Source: Caecitellus pseudoparvulus (taxonomy: Eukaryota > Protista > Bigyra: Bicosoecida). Taken from it: a stretch of 64,000 bases of DNA. Positions 41,001 through 53,400 of the stretch are shown piece after piece; the first letter of the stretch is position 1, and each line of letters begins with the position of its first letter. The notes under the pieces were generated by a model. It saw nothing but the letters and a program-made list of their open reading frames with translations. It was not told the origin of the DNA and searched no databases. Location: assembly GCA_965644315.1 (NCBI GenBank), contig CBFFRQ010000032.1, forward strand, positions 434,001 through 498,000. The letters run 5' to 3'. The translations under genes were made by a program, and so were the position numbers.

Positions 41001-44000
41001 GCTGGCATTCCTCTCCTTTTTGGCCTGATCGTCTTTAAGTCCTCCCAGAAGATGAAGGTGGACCAGGCCCTGCGCATCCGCAACCTCGCCGGCAGTCGCG
41101 ACACCAACCCGTACTACGACATGCAGAAGCGGTTCAAGCGCCTGTATTTTAAGTTCAAGCCTGAGCGGTACTACTGGCTGCTGGTAATTCTGGCGCGTAA
41201 GTTCCTCATCGTGCTGGTGTCATCTCTTCTATTCGAAAAGCCAATGCTTGCGTCGACGTCCACCGTGATCGTGCTCTTTGCTGCCTACTCCCTTCAGCTG
41301 CTGTACATGCCCTACCGGCAACACACCCAGCAGTCCAAAGACGAAGCCGCTGCGTCCGGGGCACTGGGAGACGAGATACCTCAGCACGTCTTGGACAAAC
41401 TGAAGGAGGAAATGGCTGCAGCTGCAGGTGGAAAGAAGGCTGCAGAGGCGAAGGAGGAGGACGGCAAGGGCGCCAGCTCGACGAAAGTTGCCGTGCCAGC
41501 TGCACCTGCGGGGGCTGCGTCTGCGAGCCACTCAGTGGTGAACCCCCTCATGCGCAAGCCCAACCCGAAGGCGCTGGTTGATGTGCACCGGCGTGGCGTG
41601 GAGCTGGATGGCATGTTGGAGGATCGCCACCTGCTCATGGCTAATGACCCCACCTTCGTCATGGCGGCACAGCCTTCCTCGGCCAACCGTAGCGGCTCAC
41701 AGCGCACCCGGTCCTCCACCGTGGCACGGCTATTCTCCTCCGGGCCTGCTGCTGGCACCATGTCCGGCAGTGCCAAAAAGCTCACTCGGGCGCGGAAAAT
41801 GTCCACCCGCACCCTGGCCATGCACCGGCGGGACAGCGAGGCGCCTGATTCTGTGCCTGCGTCGTCCCAGGCTCAGGGTCGCCAGGGTGGCATGTGTTCG
41901 TGCTGCTCACGTAGAGGGAAGGGTGCCGACAGCAAGCGGCAGGCCTCGAAGAAGGGCGCGTGCTGTGGACTGCTGCCTGCCAAAGGCACTGCAGTGGATG
42001 GCCTGCAGCTTCGAGAGGAGGCCCGAAAGGGTGGCAAGACGAAGGTCAAGGTGAAGTACCTGTACGACTACAACTTGCTAGAGACAACGGTGTTGGGCTG
42101 CAGCATCTTCGTGCTGCTGTCGGGAGTCATGTTCAAGAGCGCCAGGGCCACCAAAGAAGTGCCCGCTGGCAGCCCAGACTCTGTTGCCTTGGAGATCGCT
42201 GTCATGGTCGTCGTGATTGGGTCCACCGTCATCTGCGTCACGACTGTGTTCGCTGAGTTGGTGCTGGGCTTCAAGTACTTCATTTGGGCGGGGGAAGTGC
42301 GGCGGCAGCGGGAGAAAGAAGCCAAGCGTCGCGCCATCCTGGAGGGTCGCAAGGTGCAGCTGACTCGCGAGCAGAAAGCCCTGCTCATGTGGTCGAAGGT
42401 GGTGCATGGCTGCCCCAAGAGTGTGCGCCGGGCCTGCTCATGCTGCTGCAATGTGCCTGCGCCCACCATCATCACTGGCGCTGCGTACAAAGCCACCATT
42501 CTTAAAGTTGCCAAGGGCAAGACCAAGGAGACGGCAGCCATTCGCAGCGGCAAGCGCAAGAGCACGAAGGGGGGGCGGCGCAAGAAGTCCATCCTGTCCA
42601 GGGGCCGGAGCATGCGCCTGAGCCGCAAGTCCATGGCTGCCGGCATTGACTCGGACGAAACCGACAGCGAAAGCGACGGCGAGCGGCAGAAGCGCGAGGA
42701 GGCAGAGAAGTTGGCGGCCAACGCCAAGGACATTCTGTCTGCTGCTAAGCCCAGCGGACGTAGAGTTGCTGGGCTGGGCGTGGTGGAGAACGCAACCCCG
42801 CGTGAATTCTCCCACCTGAAGTCGCAGACCAGTACCAGCATTCATGACAGCAACGTGCGCCGCGAGGCTATCCTGGCCCGACTCAGGGCCGCCACCAAGG
42901 CGAAAGGGCAGCTACCGGCAGGTGTGACAGCGCCCACTGCCGCGGCGTCTTCTGCTGTTGGCGCGGCGTCAAGCAAAGCGGGTAAGCTCATGGCTGACTC
43001 TGGCGAGCGGGAGCTGACGGAGGAGTCCACAGATGCCCAGCGCTCGTACCTTGCTGCCCAGCGCGCTGCAGCTCAAGAGGCCGCCCTGGCCACGCAGCTT
43101 GGCCTTGAGGCAGGCCTGGTGACCCGTGCTGTCAATTCGGCGGCTGCCGCAGGCATCCTCCGCACAGACGGCGATGATTTCATGATGACCGCCGCGAAGA
43201 AGAAGAAGGCAATCGGCATTGCACGGTACGCCCTGTCCATCCACTTGGGCAAGATCACCAAGCTGGCCGACAAGCACATCAAGACTGGGCAGCAGCTGCG
43301 CATGACCCTGAAGACTGGCTTCCAGAGCGAGAAGCTGCAGTTCGAGTACCACCCTCTGTTGGACATTCGCATGCGCGAGGTGAAGCTGCTCATCTTCAAC
43401 CCCGCAGAAGACACGGTGCACTGCACCCTGTACGCAGACTTCAAAGATGGTAGTGGGTCCTTGGGCCAGCACGAATTGGTGCTGGGCCACCTGCACTTCC
43501 GAACGGACGAGCTGCCAGAGCCGAAGGAAAACCGCCGCGAGGAGCGCAGCTTCACCCTTCGCCAGTATGACGGGAAGGTCAGCGGCAGCCTGACACTGCT
43601 GATGCGTCTGCAGCACCGTGGCTCGGCAGTGGATGACTGGGTTGAGCTGGGCATGGGCACCCGCTCGTCGGCCATGCCCCAGCCCGAGCATCAGCGTCGG
43701 GGGCTGTTCCAAGGCCCTCCCAAGTCTGGCTTGGTCACGTTGCAAGGCGAAGCCATCCCCGCTGCCGGCGACGCCTTCGCAGCACACAACCCGCTGTCCT
43801 CCAGCATTCTCGCCACAGCCGCGTCAGACTCAGACAGCAAAGCCCGCCCCAGGCAGTCCAGCTCCGACAGTGATGGGCCTGCGCGTCGAGCTGCTGCCTC
43901 TGCACGGGGTGGAGCAGACTCCAAGTCTGGACCCAGCTCTGATGCCAGCAAGTTGGCAGCCCTCAGCACAGGTGCCATGGCCAACACCCGCCGAGGCAAG

Positions 44001-44216
44001 AGCGCGACGGCTGTGCAACATGCCGTGCCTTCACACAGTGCAGCGCGAGGTGCACAGCGCTCCGTATCAGGGGTTCCCTCTGGGGCTGCCATGGCGGAGG
44101 AGTTCGGCGTGCGAAGCCCCCTTGCCCCCAGCACTGGCGGCAGTGCCGACCGCAGTCGGGGCAGGGCCGGGGGCGCCGCTGCTCCTGGGAGCAGCTCCGG
44201 CTCAGCAGCTCAGTAG
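29027..44216 (+). CDS. Giant cadherin-IPT/TIG-9TM receptor (nonagonal cadherin-like) with cytoplasmic C2-like domain; exons 29027-29336, 29413-44216 (~5,037 aa; alternative ATG 29012)
   Basis: Signal peptide MVRAGPLALAVLAGLLGACQLAGA. A 76-nt GTGAGT...CTGCAG intron joins exon 1 to the 4,906-aa ORF in frame. ~21 EC repeats (xE, DxD, LDYE/DFE, DxNE-P linkers) to ~36770; ~9 IPT repeats (G..I.I.GxNFG) ~36770-39960; Cys-rich stalk ~39960-40410; nine hydrophobic segments ~40420-42290. Confidence 0.9.
30105..31049 (+). repeat. Three near-identical 315-bp tandem units (starting 30105, 30420, 30735), each one 105-aa cadherin repeat
   Basis: Each unit begins GATGTGAACGAGGTCCCCGTGCACACGAGC; spacing is exactly 315; units differ only by scattered substitutions. 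Confidence 0.97.
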
Positions 44217-44412
44217 CCGTGCTGTGCTCTGGGTATCCAGCAAGCGGCAGGCTGCAATTCTGTTGTTTTGTGGCCTTGTCGCGAGTGCACACTAGCTTTG
44301 TCCTTCTCTCCGTGTTTTTGTTTCTTCGAGAGATGGAATGCATTTCACTTTCAATCCTGTACTTGCCACGCTCTCTCCTTGGCCAAGAGCGAGCCACATC
44401 GGGTGCGACCGC

Positions 44413-47400
44413 TCAGATGATGCCCAGGAAGCGCTCCAGTTCCTTCCTCAAACGCAGCCAAATGTGCCGCGGCAAGCAAAGGGGATGTGAATGAGCCTGC
44501 AGCACAGCCTCCCTTTGCGCGGCAAGCAGCAACTGCGACATGGAGCGCTGCAAGGCGTTCAACAGATCTTCTGAGTTGTAGTCAAAGCGGCAGCCGCTAG
44601 CAGGCCGGGATGAAGTGGGCAAAACGGCGGGCTCGGGTAAAGGTGGCACAACTAGCGCTGCTGTGAGGGAGGTGCCCCCCTGTGTGATGGGAGTCCGGTG
44701 CCATGGTTGAGGGATGGCTGCAAACAGTCTGCGGAATTGATCAAACGACCGATGAACTATGTAGTGCAGGTGGTGGCACAGGGTGTTCCCCCTTCCATCC
44801 AACACTGGGATGTGTTGAACTCGAAGGCAGTACGCACCGACGGCAGGACCTGGCTCCTGCGCCGTGGCCCCGCTCGCTGTGCCTGGCACCAGGAGAGAGG
44901 ACAGGTGCGACGTGGACGCGTAGTGAGCCGCTGCGGCTGAGGCTGACGGATTCCACGCCAGAACTGAAACATGCTGCACGAAGAGCACCAGCGCTCGTCG
45001 CCGCCGAGCCAGAGCCGCCTGCTCCTGCAGACGCCCCAGAGTTGAAAAAGGCCCATGCTGGTTCGCTTCCAAAGCATCCTTCATCGCTCGGACGGCAGCA
45101 TGCTCAAGATGCAGCAGTGCCTTGCGATCTGGTTGGCTGTGCAGAGCATTCTGCACAGCAGTGAGTGCAATGGCTGCCCGGGACACCGGGCCAAGCAGGA
45201 GTGCCCAGCCCCGCTTGGAAGACTGCACAGTCACACTCAAGACATGCGCGTCCAATTGCACCTGTAGATGTGCTTCAGGTCCTGCCACACTCACACCTTC
45301 CTCTCCTTGCTGAATGGCCCCCGTGTCGCTCATTGGCGCCTCCTTCACCGCACACAGTTCACCTGTTCCGAGCGCGCCCTGAGATGATTCCTTTGTGGGG
45401 AATAAAGAGCAAGACCAATGCACAGCGTTGCTCGTCGTGTGCAAAATGCGGATCTTCTTGTCTGTCAGGAGCATGACAAACGGCGCAGTGTCTGGCTGTG
45501 GACGGCGTGGCATTGCTGGGCGCTCCTGTGGCCCCCCCGAGGCAGCTAGCGAACCATCAGAGACAAGAACCTCGCGCCCGTCCAGGGACATAAACCTTGC
45601 AGTGTGGCCATTGCATAGCGCTGGCTGAGCGGGCCCAACGAGCAGCCGTGCAGCGCCAGCGCCCGCTTTGGCTTCCGCTGCGCCAGGTGTTTGTACTGGA
45701 AAGGCAAGGCCGCCAAAGGCAGGGGAAACCAACATGCGGGGGGCTCTGCTATGCTGAAGTTGCACTCCTGCATGCTCCCCTACCCTCATCTGATCGGAAT
45801 CTGACGCACGTAAGGCCTGCGCCTCACTTCCACTGCCGTCGTCGCTGGGCAAAGCTTGTCCGTCAGCAACATCGACTTCCCCGTCCGCCGCACTCTCCTT
45901 CGGCGCGCGGTCGGAGCCTCCTTCGTGGTGATGCGCAGCATGCATGGACAGTGCTGGGAAGTCTGAAGTCCACTGCTGGTTCAGCCTGCGGTAGGCGGAC
46001 TCGTGCGCGCCGGGCGTGCCTTCGTCAAACAGCTGCATAGCATAAATCGGCGCGTGGAAACGATACACCTCCCCCACAGCCTTGCCTGATGCAGACAGCA
46101 AGTACAACCTGGCCATGCCCTCCGCTTCCCGGCGAGAGTAGGGAGAGATGAGGGCCCGACCACCACCTCCAGGGCCGCCCCCCAGAGAGCGAGGCAGGCG
46201 CTGCCGTACTCGTAAGTTCAGCTTTTCCTCCCCTGTGATGAGAGAGGAGCCTGCGCTAACTGTGGAAGAGGTACTGCTCAGCAACAGCAAGGCCGAGTCC
46301 AGCGCCCCAGCGGTGGGCTTCAGGACAAAGCCCACCAGCCCCTTGCCGAGGCCAACTGCAGCGCCCATAGCCCCATCTTCCTGAGCTCCATAGTACGGTG
46401 CAGTGACCAGGCCCGAGGTGCCCTGCCACAATCCCCAGAGCAACGATTTCCCCCCTTCTAAAACACCCAAGCCAATATGAGCTGGCCCCCTGCCACCTGC
46501 TGCCGCATTGGCTGCTCTTGTTGCCGCGCCGGCAGTGTCAAAGTCGATGGAGCGCACGGCCCGGGCCAAAGAGTGGACAATTTTCCCACCAGAATCAACG
46601 ACCCCAACCGTAGTGTTGGACACGAGGCTAACTGCCTTTGACCCCAGCGCCACGGCACTTGACCCTGCATCCTGGCCTGACATCAGCCCCTGCGCCGGCT
46701 CGTACAGCACTGAGACGACGTCGGCAGAGATGTTCTGCACCAAGCCGACTGGGTTCCCAAGGAAAGACACCGACCCCACGACCTTGTAGAAGCCCCTCAC
46801 GATGCTGCTGATGTAGAAGGACGAAATACGCGCAGTCAGCATGGACGTGTCTTCAAACACGTGTGGCGCATGCAGCGAGCCAACCTCGATGGGGGCATGG
46901 TCCACATTCAGGATGAGCGTGCCCAAGCCGAGGATGATATTCTTGAGGAAGCCAAAGACAGGAATGTCAGGAATGAGCTTGTTCAAGAAGTCCACATCGT
47001 CCCCAAGCGACAGGGTGATTTCGATCAAAACCGGGTGCAGAGTCAAGGAGCGGATGTACAGCTTGCTGGCGCTGCTGAAACCTCGCAGCACCGCGCCTGG
47101 CTGGCTCAGCTGGGATAGCCGCGCATCGGAGAAAAGCTTTGACCTGACACTTGGCAAGCGCTGCACCGCTGAATAAGACCTGTCCAGTGCGCTTAAGACA
47201 TTCAAGTCGTCGCCCTCTGCCTGCGGAGGTGCAAGTTCAAGCGGCGCCCCCGCCTGCTCAGAAGCGGCCTCTCCGGTTGAAAGCGCACCGCTTACGTCTG
47301 GGCTCTGAGCTGGACTGGGGGCGCCGCTTGCACCTTGGGAGTGCAAGTCAAAAGACGACCATGTCCTCTGCAGACGACGAGCAGTGTCCTCCTTCGCCCC

Positions 47401-50400
47401 TGCTGCCGAGTCTGGTCCAAAGCGGAGGTGGGCAACGAGCTCAAGCACTGCCCCAAGCAGCTGGTCGTCCACTTCAATGCCCAGCCGGACCAGCCGCACA
47501 GCCAGGTGCTCCACATAAGTAACCTTAGGGTGAGACTTCAGATTCAAGGAGACCGCCAAGAGGGGGTCGGCCGCAGCTGCAGCGGCTGCCTCTGCTGCTC
47601 CTGCGTCGTACGGGTCTCCGCCTTGAAGTGCCGCGGCCACCCCATCTGGCGCAGCGGGACCCGTCATGGAGGTGTCCACTAGCGCCACATCCCGGCGGTG
47701 GCAAGTGCGCATCTGCTGTAGTGTAAACCGCTCGTCTGGTGTGGGTGATGCGATGCCTGCTGGCGCATCCACCCGCCCGACGATGATGCGGTGAGCCGCG
47801 CCTTGCAGTTGATTATCGACCTGCAAGTGGCCGAGACTCACGTCGAAAGCAGTGTCCCCAGCATGGCTCATGCTCGCAGCGGTCTTTACTCCCGTCAGTG
47901 ACATGAGTAACACTTCGCGGGGACGGTGGTCCACGATCGACACGACGATGCCCTCGATACTTATCTCGGCCACCATTGACGGCACTGCCGCCTTCGCAGC
48001 GAAAAGAGGGACCCACTCCTGCACCACACGAACTTGGGGTGCGTCAAACTCCTCGTCGTCTCGCAGGTCTCTACTTGGAAAGGCCACAGTGGCAGAGGGG
48101 GGTGACAGAGTATGCCAGCGATCTGTGCCCTGCCCACCTGGCGCAAGCGGGATGAATGCACGGTGTGCAATTGACGTGTCATGGCGGGATACTTGCCCTG
48201 CTGGCACCTGCTGCGACTCAGACAGAACTCCGCGCTGTCCGAGAATGTATGACATCGGCGCGCTCTGGACCTGCAGCTGCCGCCCGACTGTGGACGAGCC
48301 ATCCAGCCCAGGGGCCCCGACACAGCACAGCTCTGGCTGTGTCCCAGTCAGTGGTACAGCTCCGTCGGGGATGTCTTGTAGTGAGGTGTGCTTTGCAGGA
48401 GTGGCAGCTTGCCCTGCGGCCTCCCCTGTTGCCGCCGAGAGCAAGTCGCGCGCAAAAATCTCGAGCGAGATGTGGGGCCCAGTTGGAATCTGGACCCCTT
48501 CCGCGGAGGCAGTCAGCAAGGCAGGGGGTGCTTTGCGACCAGCTCGCCTCGCGTCGTCCCAAACACTGGATGGTGCCCCGTGTTCTACCAGCTGCAGCCC
48601 AGAAAGTGCGTCGAATGCGTGCGAGCCAGGTGAGAACTGGTAGTGAGGGCCAGGTGACGTGCTGAACCGCTCCAGCGCTTCAGTGGCACGGCGGCCCTGA
48701 GGGTGATACTGGGGAACGTGCAGCGCAAGGTCATCAACCCCCCCACCAGCGCCTCCTGCACGCATGCTGAGGACGCTTGCTATTGCTCCAGCAAGCTCGG
48801 GGCCAGGCATGGACGCGGAGCGTGCCCCAGCATCGCAGACAAGAGGAGGGGGTGGAACCATGTTCCCGAACTGACACATGGAGCCCCAGTACGTTGACAG
48901 CTCGCCGCCATCTCCTGGAGGCAGCAGAGGAGTGCCGTCGTCAGCTGGAATAGCGCTTGCAGGGATGAACCTCAAGACAACAGGATCATCTGGAGAAGCA
49001 CCGGCGACAGCCGCCTGAAGCAGTGCAGCGGCTTCCTTGAACGGTACTCCTGCCAAGCACTGCTCTCCAATGTGTGTCACCAGGCTTCCCACCGTGATGG
49101 CCTCGCCTACCCGTTGGCAGGTTGGCTGCACTGCCGCAGCCAAGACTTCAGCAGCAACAGAGCTGACCTCCAGCGAGAACGATTGCAGCCCCAGCTCTTG
49201 CATGGGTGCCAGTTGGGGGACCGACGCCACACTGCTGCCTGACGAGAGTCTCGCATACGTATCCGAGTCCACGAGTGCTGCACCCTGCATAGAGACACCC
49301 GGTCGCCCTGAGCCAGCTGCGGCGGAAAGCGTTTGGCCCTGGGCAACCCCGATCACCCCATCCGACGCCCCGACGCCCGAAAAAGGATTCATGCGCTGTG
49401 CAGCTTGCGAGCGGGTTTTTCGGGCTGCCGCGCGAGCTAATTCCTGCAGCCTGCCCTCTGGCTGCCCACGTAGCGCTTCTGCTGACGCTGGTACAGATGC
49501 CAACCCTCCCCCCTCGTCACTGTTCAAGCTAAGTGAGCCAACATGGAGGTGTGATGTAGATGACCCTTGAACAGCGTTCCAGCGTGCTGCTTGGGCGCGT
49601 ACCAACTCGGCCACCTCTGCCTCACGCAGGCGGGAAGTGAATGCTGGACTTGCCTGTGCTCTACGGAAGCCAAGACCCAGTGGCGCACCCACCACCTCCA
49701 CACGAGCAGTGGTATCCGCGATGGGTGTCCGGCGAAGGGTGTGTCCAACTCGAAGGGCAGAGTACAAGCGGCCAGCCTGGCAATTGGAAATGAGCCTGTC
49801 AAGCTCCTGGTCGGGTAGAGACCGCAGAGCGAGCGTGAATGTGCCAAGAGATTCACCTTCGCTTGAGCCACCCGCACCGGTGGGCGCCCGCATGGCCTTG
49901 TAGTGCCTATCCCCGGGTGGCGCTTCCTGGGTTTCGGTGGCAAGATGCTCTTTCGAGCCCTCAGCCTGTCTTCGCGCTTTCTCGCTTTGAGCCAACGCGA
50001 CCAAGCGCCTCGTGACTCCTGTCAACCCACGTCCTTCGACAACCCGGACCTGCAGCTGCTGCCCCACGACCCGCCAGCGAAGGCTGCGGTCAGCTGGCGC
50101 GGCAGGCGTGCCCTGATCTTGCAACAGAGCAGCCTTGGGGAGCACGAGAGGTAGGTGGTTGGAGGCGGGTGGAAGCGCGGCCCTTGCAGCGGCGTCCACT
50201 GCTCCGGGGATCCTGCGCAGCATTCGCCTGGCACCTGAGGCTGTCTGAGCCACCGGAGCTGCTGCGAGCAAGTTACCTCGTTCCAAAGCTGCTGCTGGTG
50301 CTGAATCAGCCTGTGCTCCAGTCAAGTCACGCTCCACTGCGCGTCCTGCCTCTGGAAGTGGGTGCGACTCGGCTGCAGCGCCGCCTGGGAGAGCGTCCGC

Positions 50401-53400
50401 AAGTCCCACAGGGACGCCACCTGAGGAGTCAAACGAGACACTGTCGGAGCGGCCACTGTCAGAGCGTGTGACTGATTGTGCGTCAGATCCATCATCGTGG
50501 CGCCCAGCATGCGACGGACCAGTGGAAGTGGGTGGAGCTCTCACTTGTGACACTGCCTTCTCTGCGGCCTCCTCCATGCTGACGCCCGTTTGCAGCTCAA
50601 AAATGCGCTGCTCCAGCTTCGAAACAAGTAGCTTGCTCTCTGCAAGGGCAGCCTCCATGACTTCCCGCGCCTCTGCAATCGCCTGGCCCCGGAGATCTGT
50701 GGTGCGCAAGATGCGCAGGCGGACTGAGCCAGCAGGCCTCATGCTCGCACCTTCGGCATAAGAGAGCGGAAACCAGCGGTCCACTACAACATCTCGTCGA
50801 AGGCCAGTCAAGGGTACAACGACTTCAGCCATGAGGTCGTCAGAAGATGCCCTGTCCCAGTCCCAAACTTTCAGGTGCAGTTCAGTTCGATCTTGCAGGC
50901 GCAGTTTGTCGCGCAGGCTGAAGACGTACTGCTCCCCCCACAAAGGATCCAGCGTTGCTGTGCAGTGGCGGGTGGTGAAGGGAGAATCCACGACACCTGT
51001 GAGGGTGAAGGCGGCGTACGGGTCACTGGAGCCGCCCCCACTCCCCAAGCTGCTTGTGGGGTCGGCAACAGGCAGGCCACTCGCTGATACCACTTGCAGC
51101 CAGAGAGTCTCAGGCCCAGTGGGAACCTCGGCATCAACATGTGCCCTGTGTGGGTGCAGGTTCAAGTCTTGCAACTCCCAGTATGGCACGTGGGCGTCTT
51201 CATCCACTTCCACTGGGCGTCCGGAAGGCAAGTGCACAGGGTAGAAATCGTGTAGATTGTACCACGGATTGTGCGTCAGCACCCGCACTCGCTCCTCGTA
51301 CACTCGCTGCTCCTGATCTGCAGCCGCAACTTGTGCCTGCCAGGCCTCAGGCGTGGATGGCAGCTCGCGGGGACTGACCAGTGATGACCCTGTCGACGAA
51401 GCGTCGTGAGGCACCTGCTCTGGGCCTCGCGTGGGGCTCTGCACCACACTGTGCGCTGTGAAGCGCGCTGTTGCTGAGGTGATGACCGCTTCTTCGTGCT
51501 TCCTGGAAATCGCCATGAGGTGCTTGCCCAAAGCAACGCCAAGTGCCACGTGCACTTCGGCCTCAGCTAGGCGGGCACGCAAGTACTGCAAGGCGTCACT
51601 CTCATCACTTGGGACATCTGACACACGCACAACTTTCATAGCACCCGTGGCCTCGTCTGCGACGACATCGACGAACACCTTCCGAGTGCCTGCGACGCCA
51701 CCAGCTGGCAGGTGTAAGCGGGAAATCGCTGCTGCACGCCACGTGAACTCGTTCCCTTCCTGCGATGGCCGGCTGTGCAGGGGTTTCCTGGACTGACGTG
51801 CACCCAAATTCAACGATCCAAGCAGAGCCGACGACACGCCAGCAGCTGCCATGCCCATGGAGCCAAACACGCCCCCAGAGTCTGTCCCCCCGCGTGGAGC
51901 TGCAGGCTGTCCGTGTGTGGCACGCAGAGTTGACAGAAGGTCTGAAGCGCTGCGCTTGCCCGGCCTCCAATGTGGGTCAGAGCTTTTCCCAACCCACACT
52001 TGCCGCTGACTTCCAATGTCATCACACTGCAGCGAGACTGTACCGTCTGGGCCGAGCTCTCCCCAGCCGTCATGCCCCCCTTCCTCAGCTTCAGTGTCAT
52101 CGTGGCGCAGCACCACGAGGGGGACTTCTCGATGGCCACGATCGTGCTTCAAGCTAGGTCGCACCATCCACCCATCCCCGTGCAAGCCATGCTGCGCGTC
52201 GGGATCTTCCGCATTCTCTGCCCCGCTCGCCAGGTGTATCGCAACATCATGCAAGGAAGCTCGGGTCGCATGGGACGAAAGGGCGTCCTCCACGCGGCAG
52301 TTCACAAAGTTGTTTAGTGTTGAGCCACCCAAAGCAGACTGTACGAGGAATTCAGCCGCCAGGGACCAAGCGCCAAGTGCTGCTGCTCTCCCCACGTCTC
52401 CCCGAGCCCGGTAGCAAATGCCAGCCACACCAACAGGCTTCAGTGCAATGTGCACTTCAGGTTTTCCCCCGCCCTGTGACGGCGGCTCCGCCTCTCCACC
52501 AGTCGGCCCAGCAATGGCTGCAGCGTCTAGCGCAAATGGGAGGCTTGACGTTCCAGGGATGGCTGCGCCACCTCCGCAGGGCACAGTCTCACTGGCAGCA
52601 GGGCCCACCCCCCTCTGTCGAATGGAGACACTGTCCAGGCTGCAAGCGTTGTCAATGCGGTACGAGGAAAAGCGGGAACCCGGGCTCAGTCGGAGGGGCT
52701 GCGGCAAAATGGCCACTTCAACGGTGGGGGAGGAGTCCACCACCTTCACACCCAGCCATGCGACCTGCTCAGGGGATACACCGCGACAACACCGCAGGGC
52801 GACGGCTGCATGCCCTGGCGGCACAAGGCTGCACAGAGCAGGGTGTTGGGCCGCCGAGGCGCTCTCGGAGATGTCGTCAGCAAGCCACATACGGCGGCGT
52901 CTCTGGGCAGTGACAAGCGAAGCAGCCAGGCCTGCTTGCTGCAGGATTTGAGCTGGAGTGCGGGTCGAAACTGCTGCCCAGGCAGCTGTTGGCACCTTCG
53001 TCCCCACTGCCTGCATGGGACAAGGCTGTTCGCTGGCAGCGACGGCGAGCGTAGACGGCACGCTGGCGCTCCCCCACTCATCACCTGCCTCTCCTGTTTG
53101 GGCCTGCATGTACTGCTGCCAAGCTTCGTTGTGTTGGAGCGCATGCAAGGCGGCTTCAGCTTGTGACGAAACGATGCCTCTTGCCGGCGCATGTGGTCCA
53201 TCCAGTCGGCGGCGCAACTTGAGGGTGAGATCGGATGGCCGAACCTGGAAGTCCATGGACCATGTCCAGGCCTGGGATGCGAACCAACGCGAGCCAAACA
53301 CTGCCGCCAGGGCACAAATGGCAGACCTCGGTACGGCAGGGTTCAGCAAGGCCAGAGTGCCAAGGCCTGGAAAGGTCACCTGGCCACCAGCCTGTTGGTC

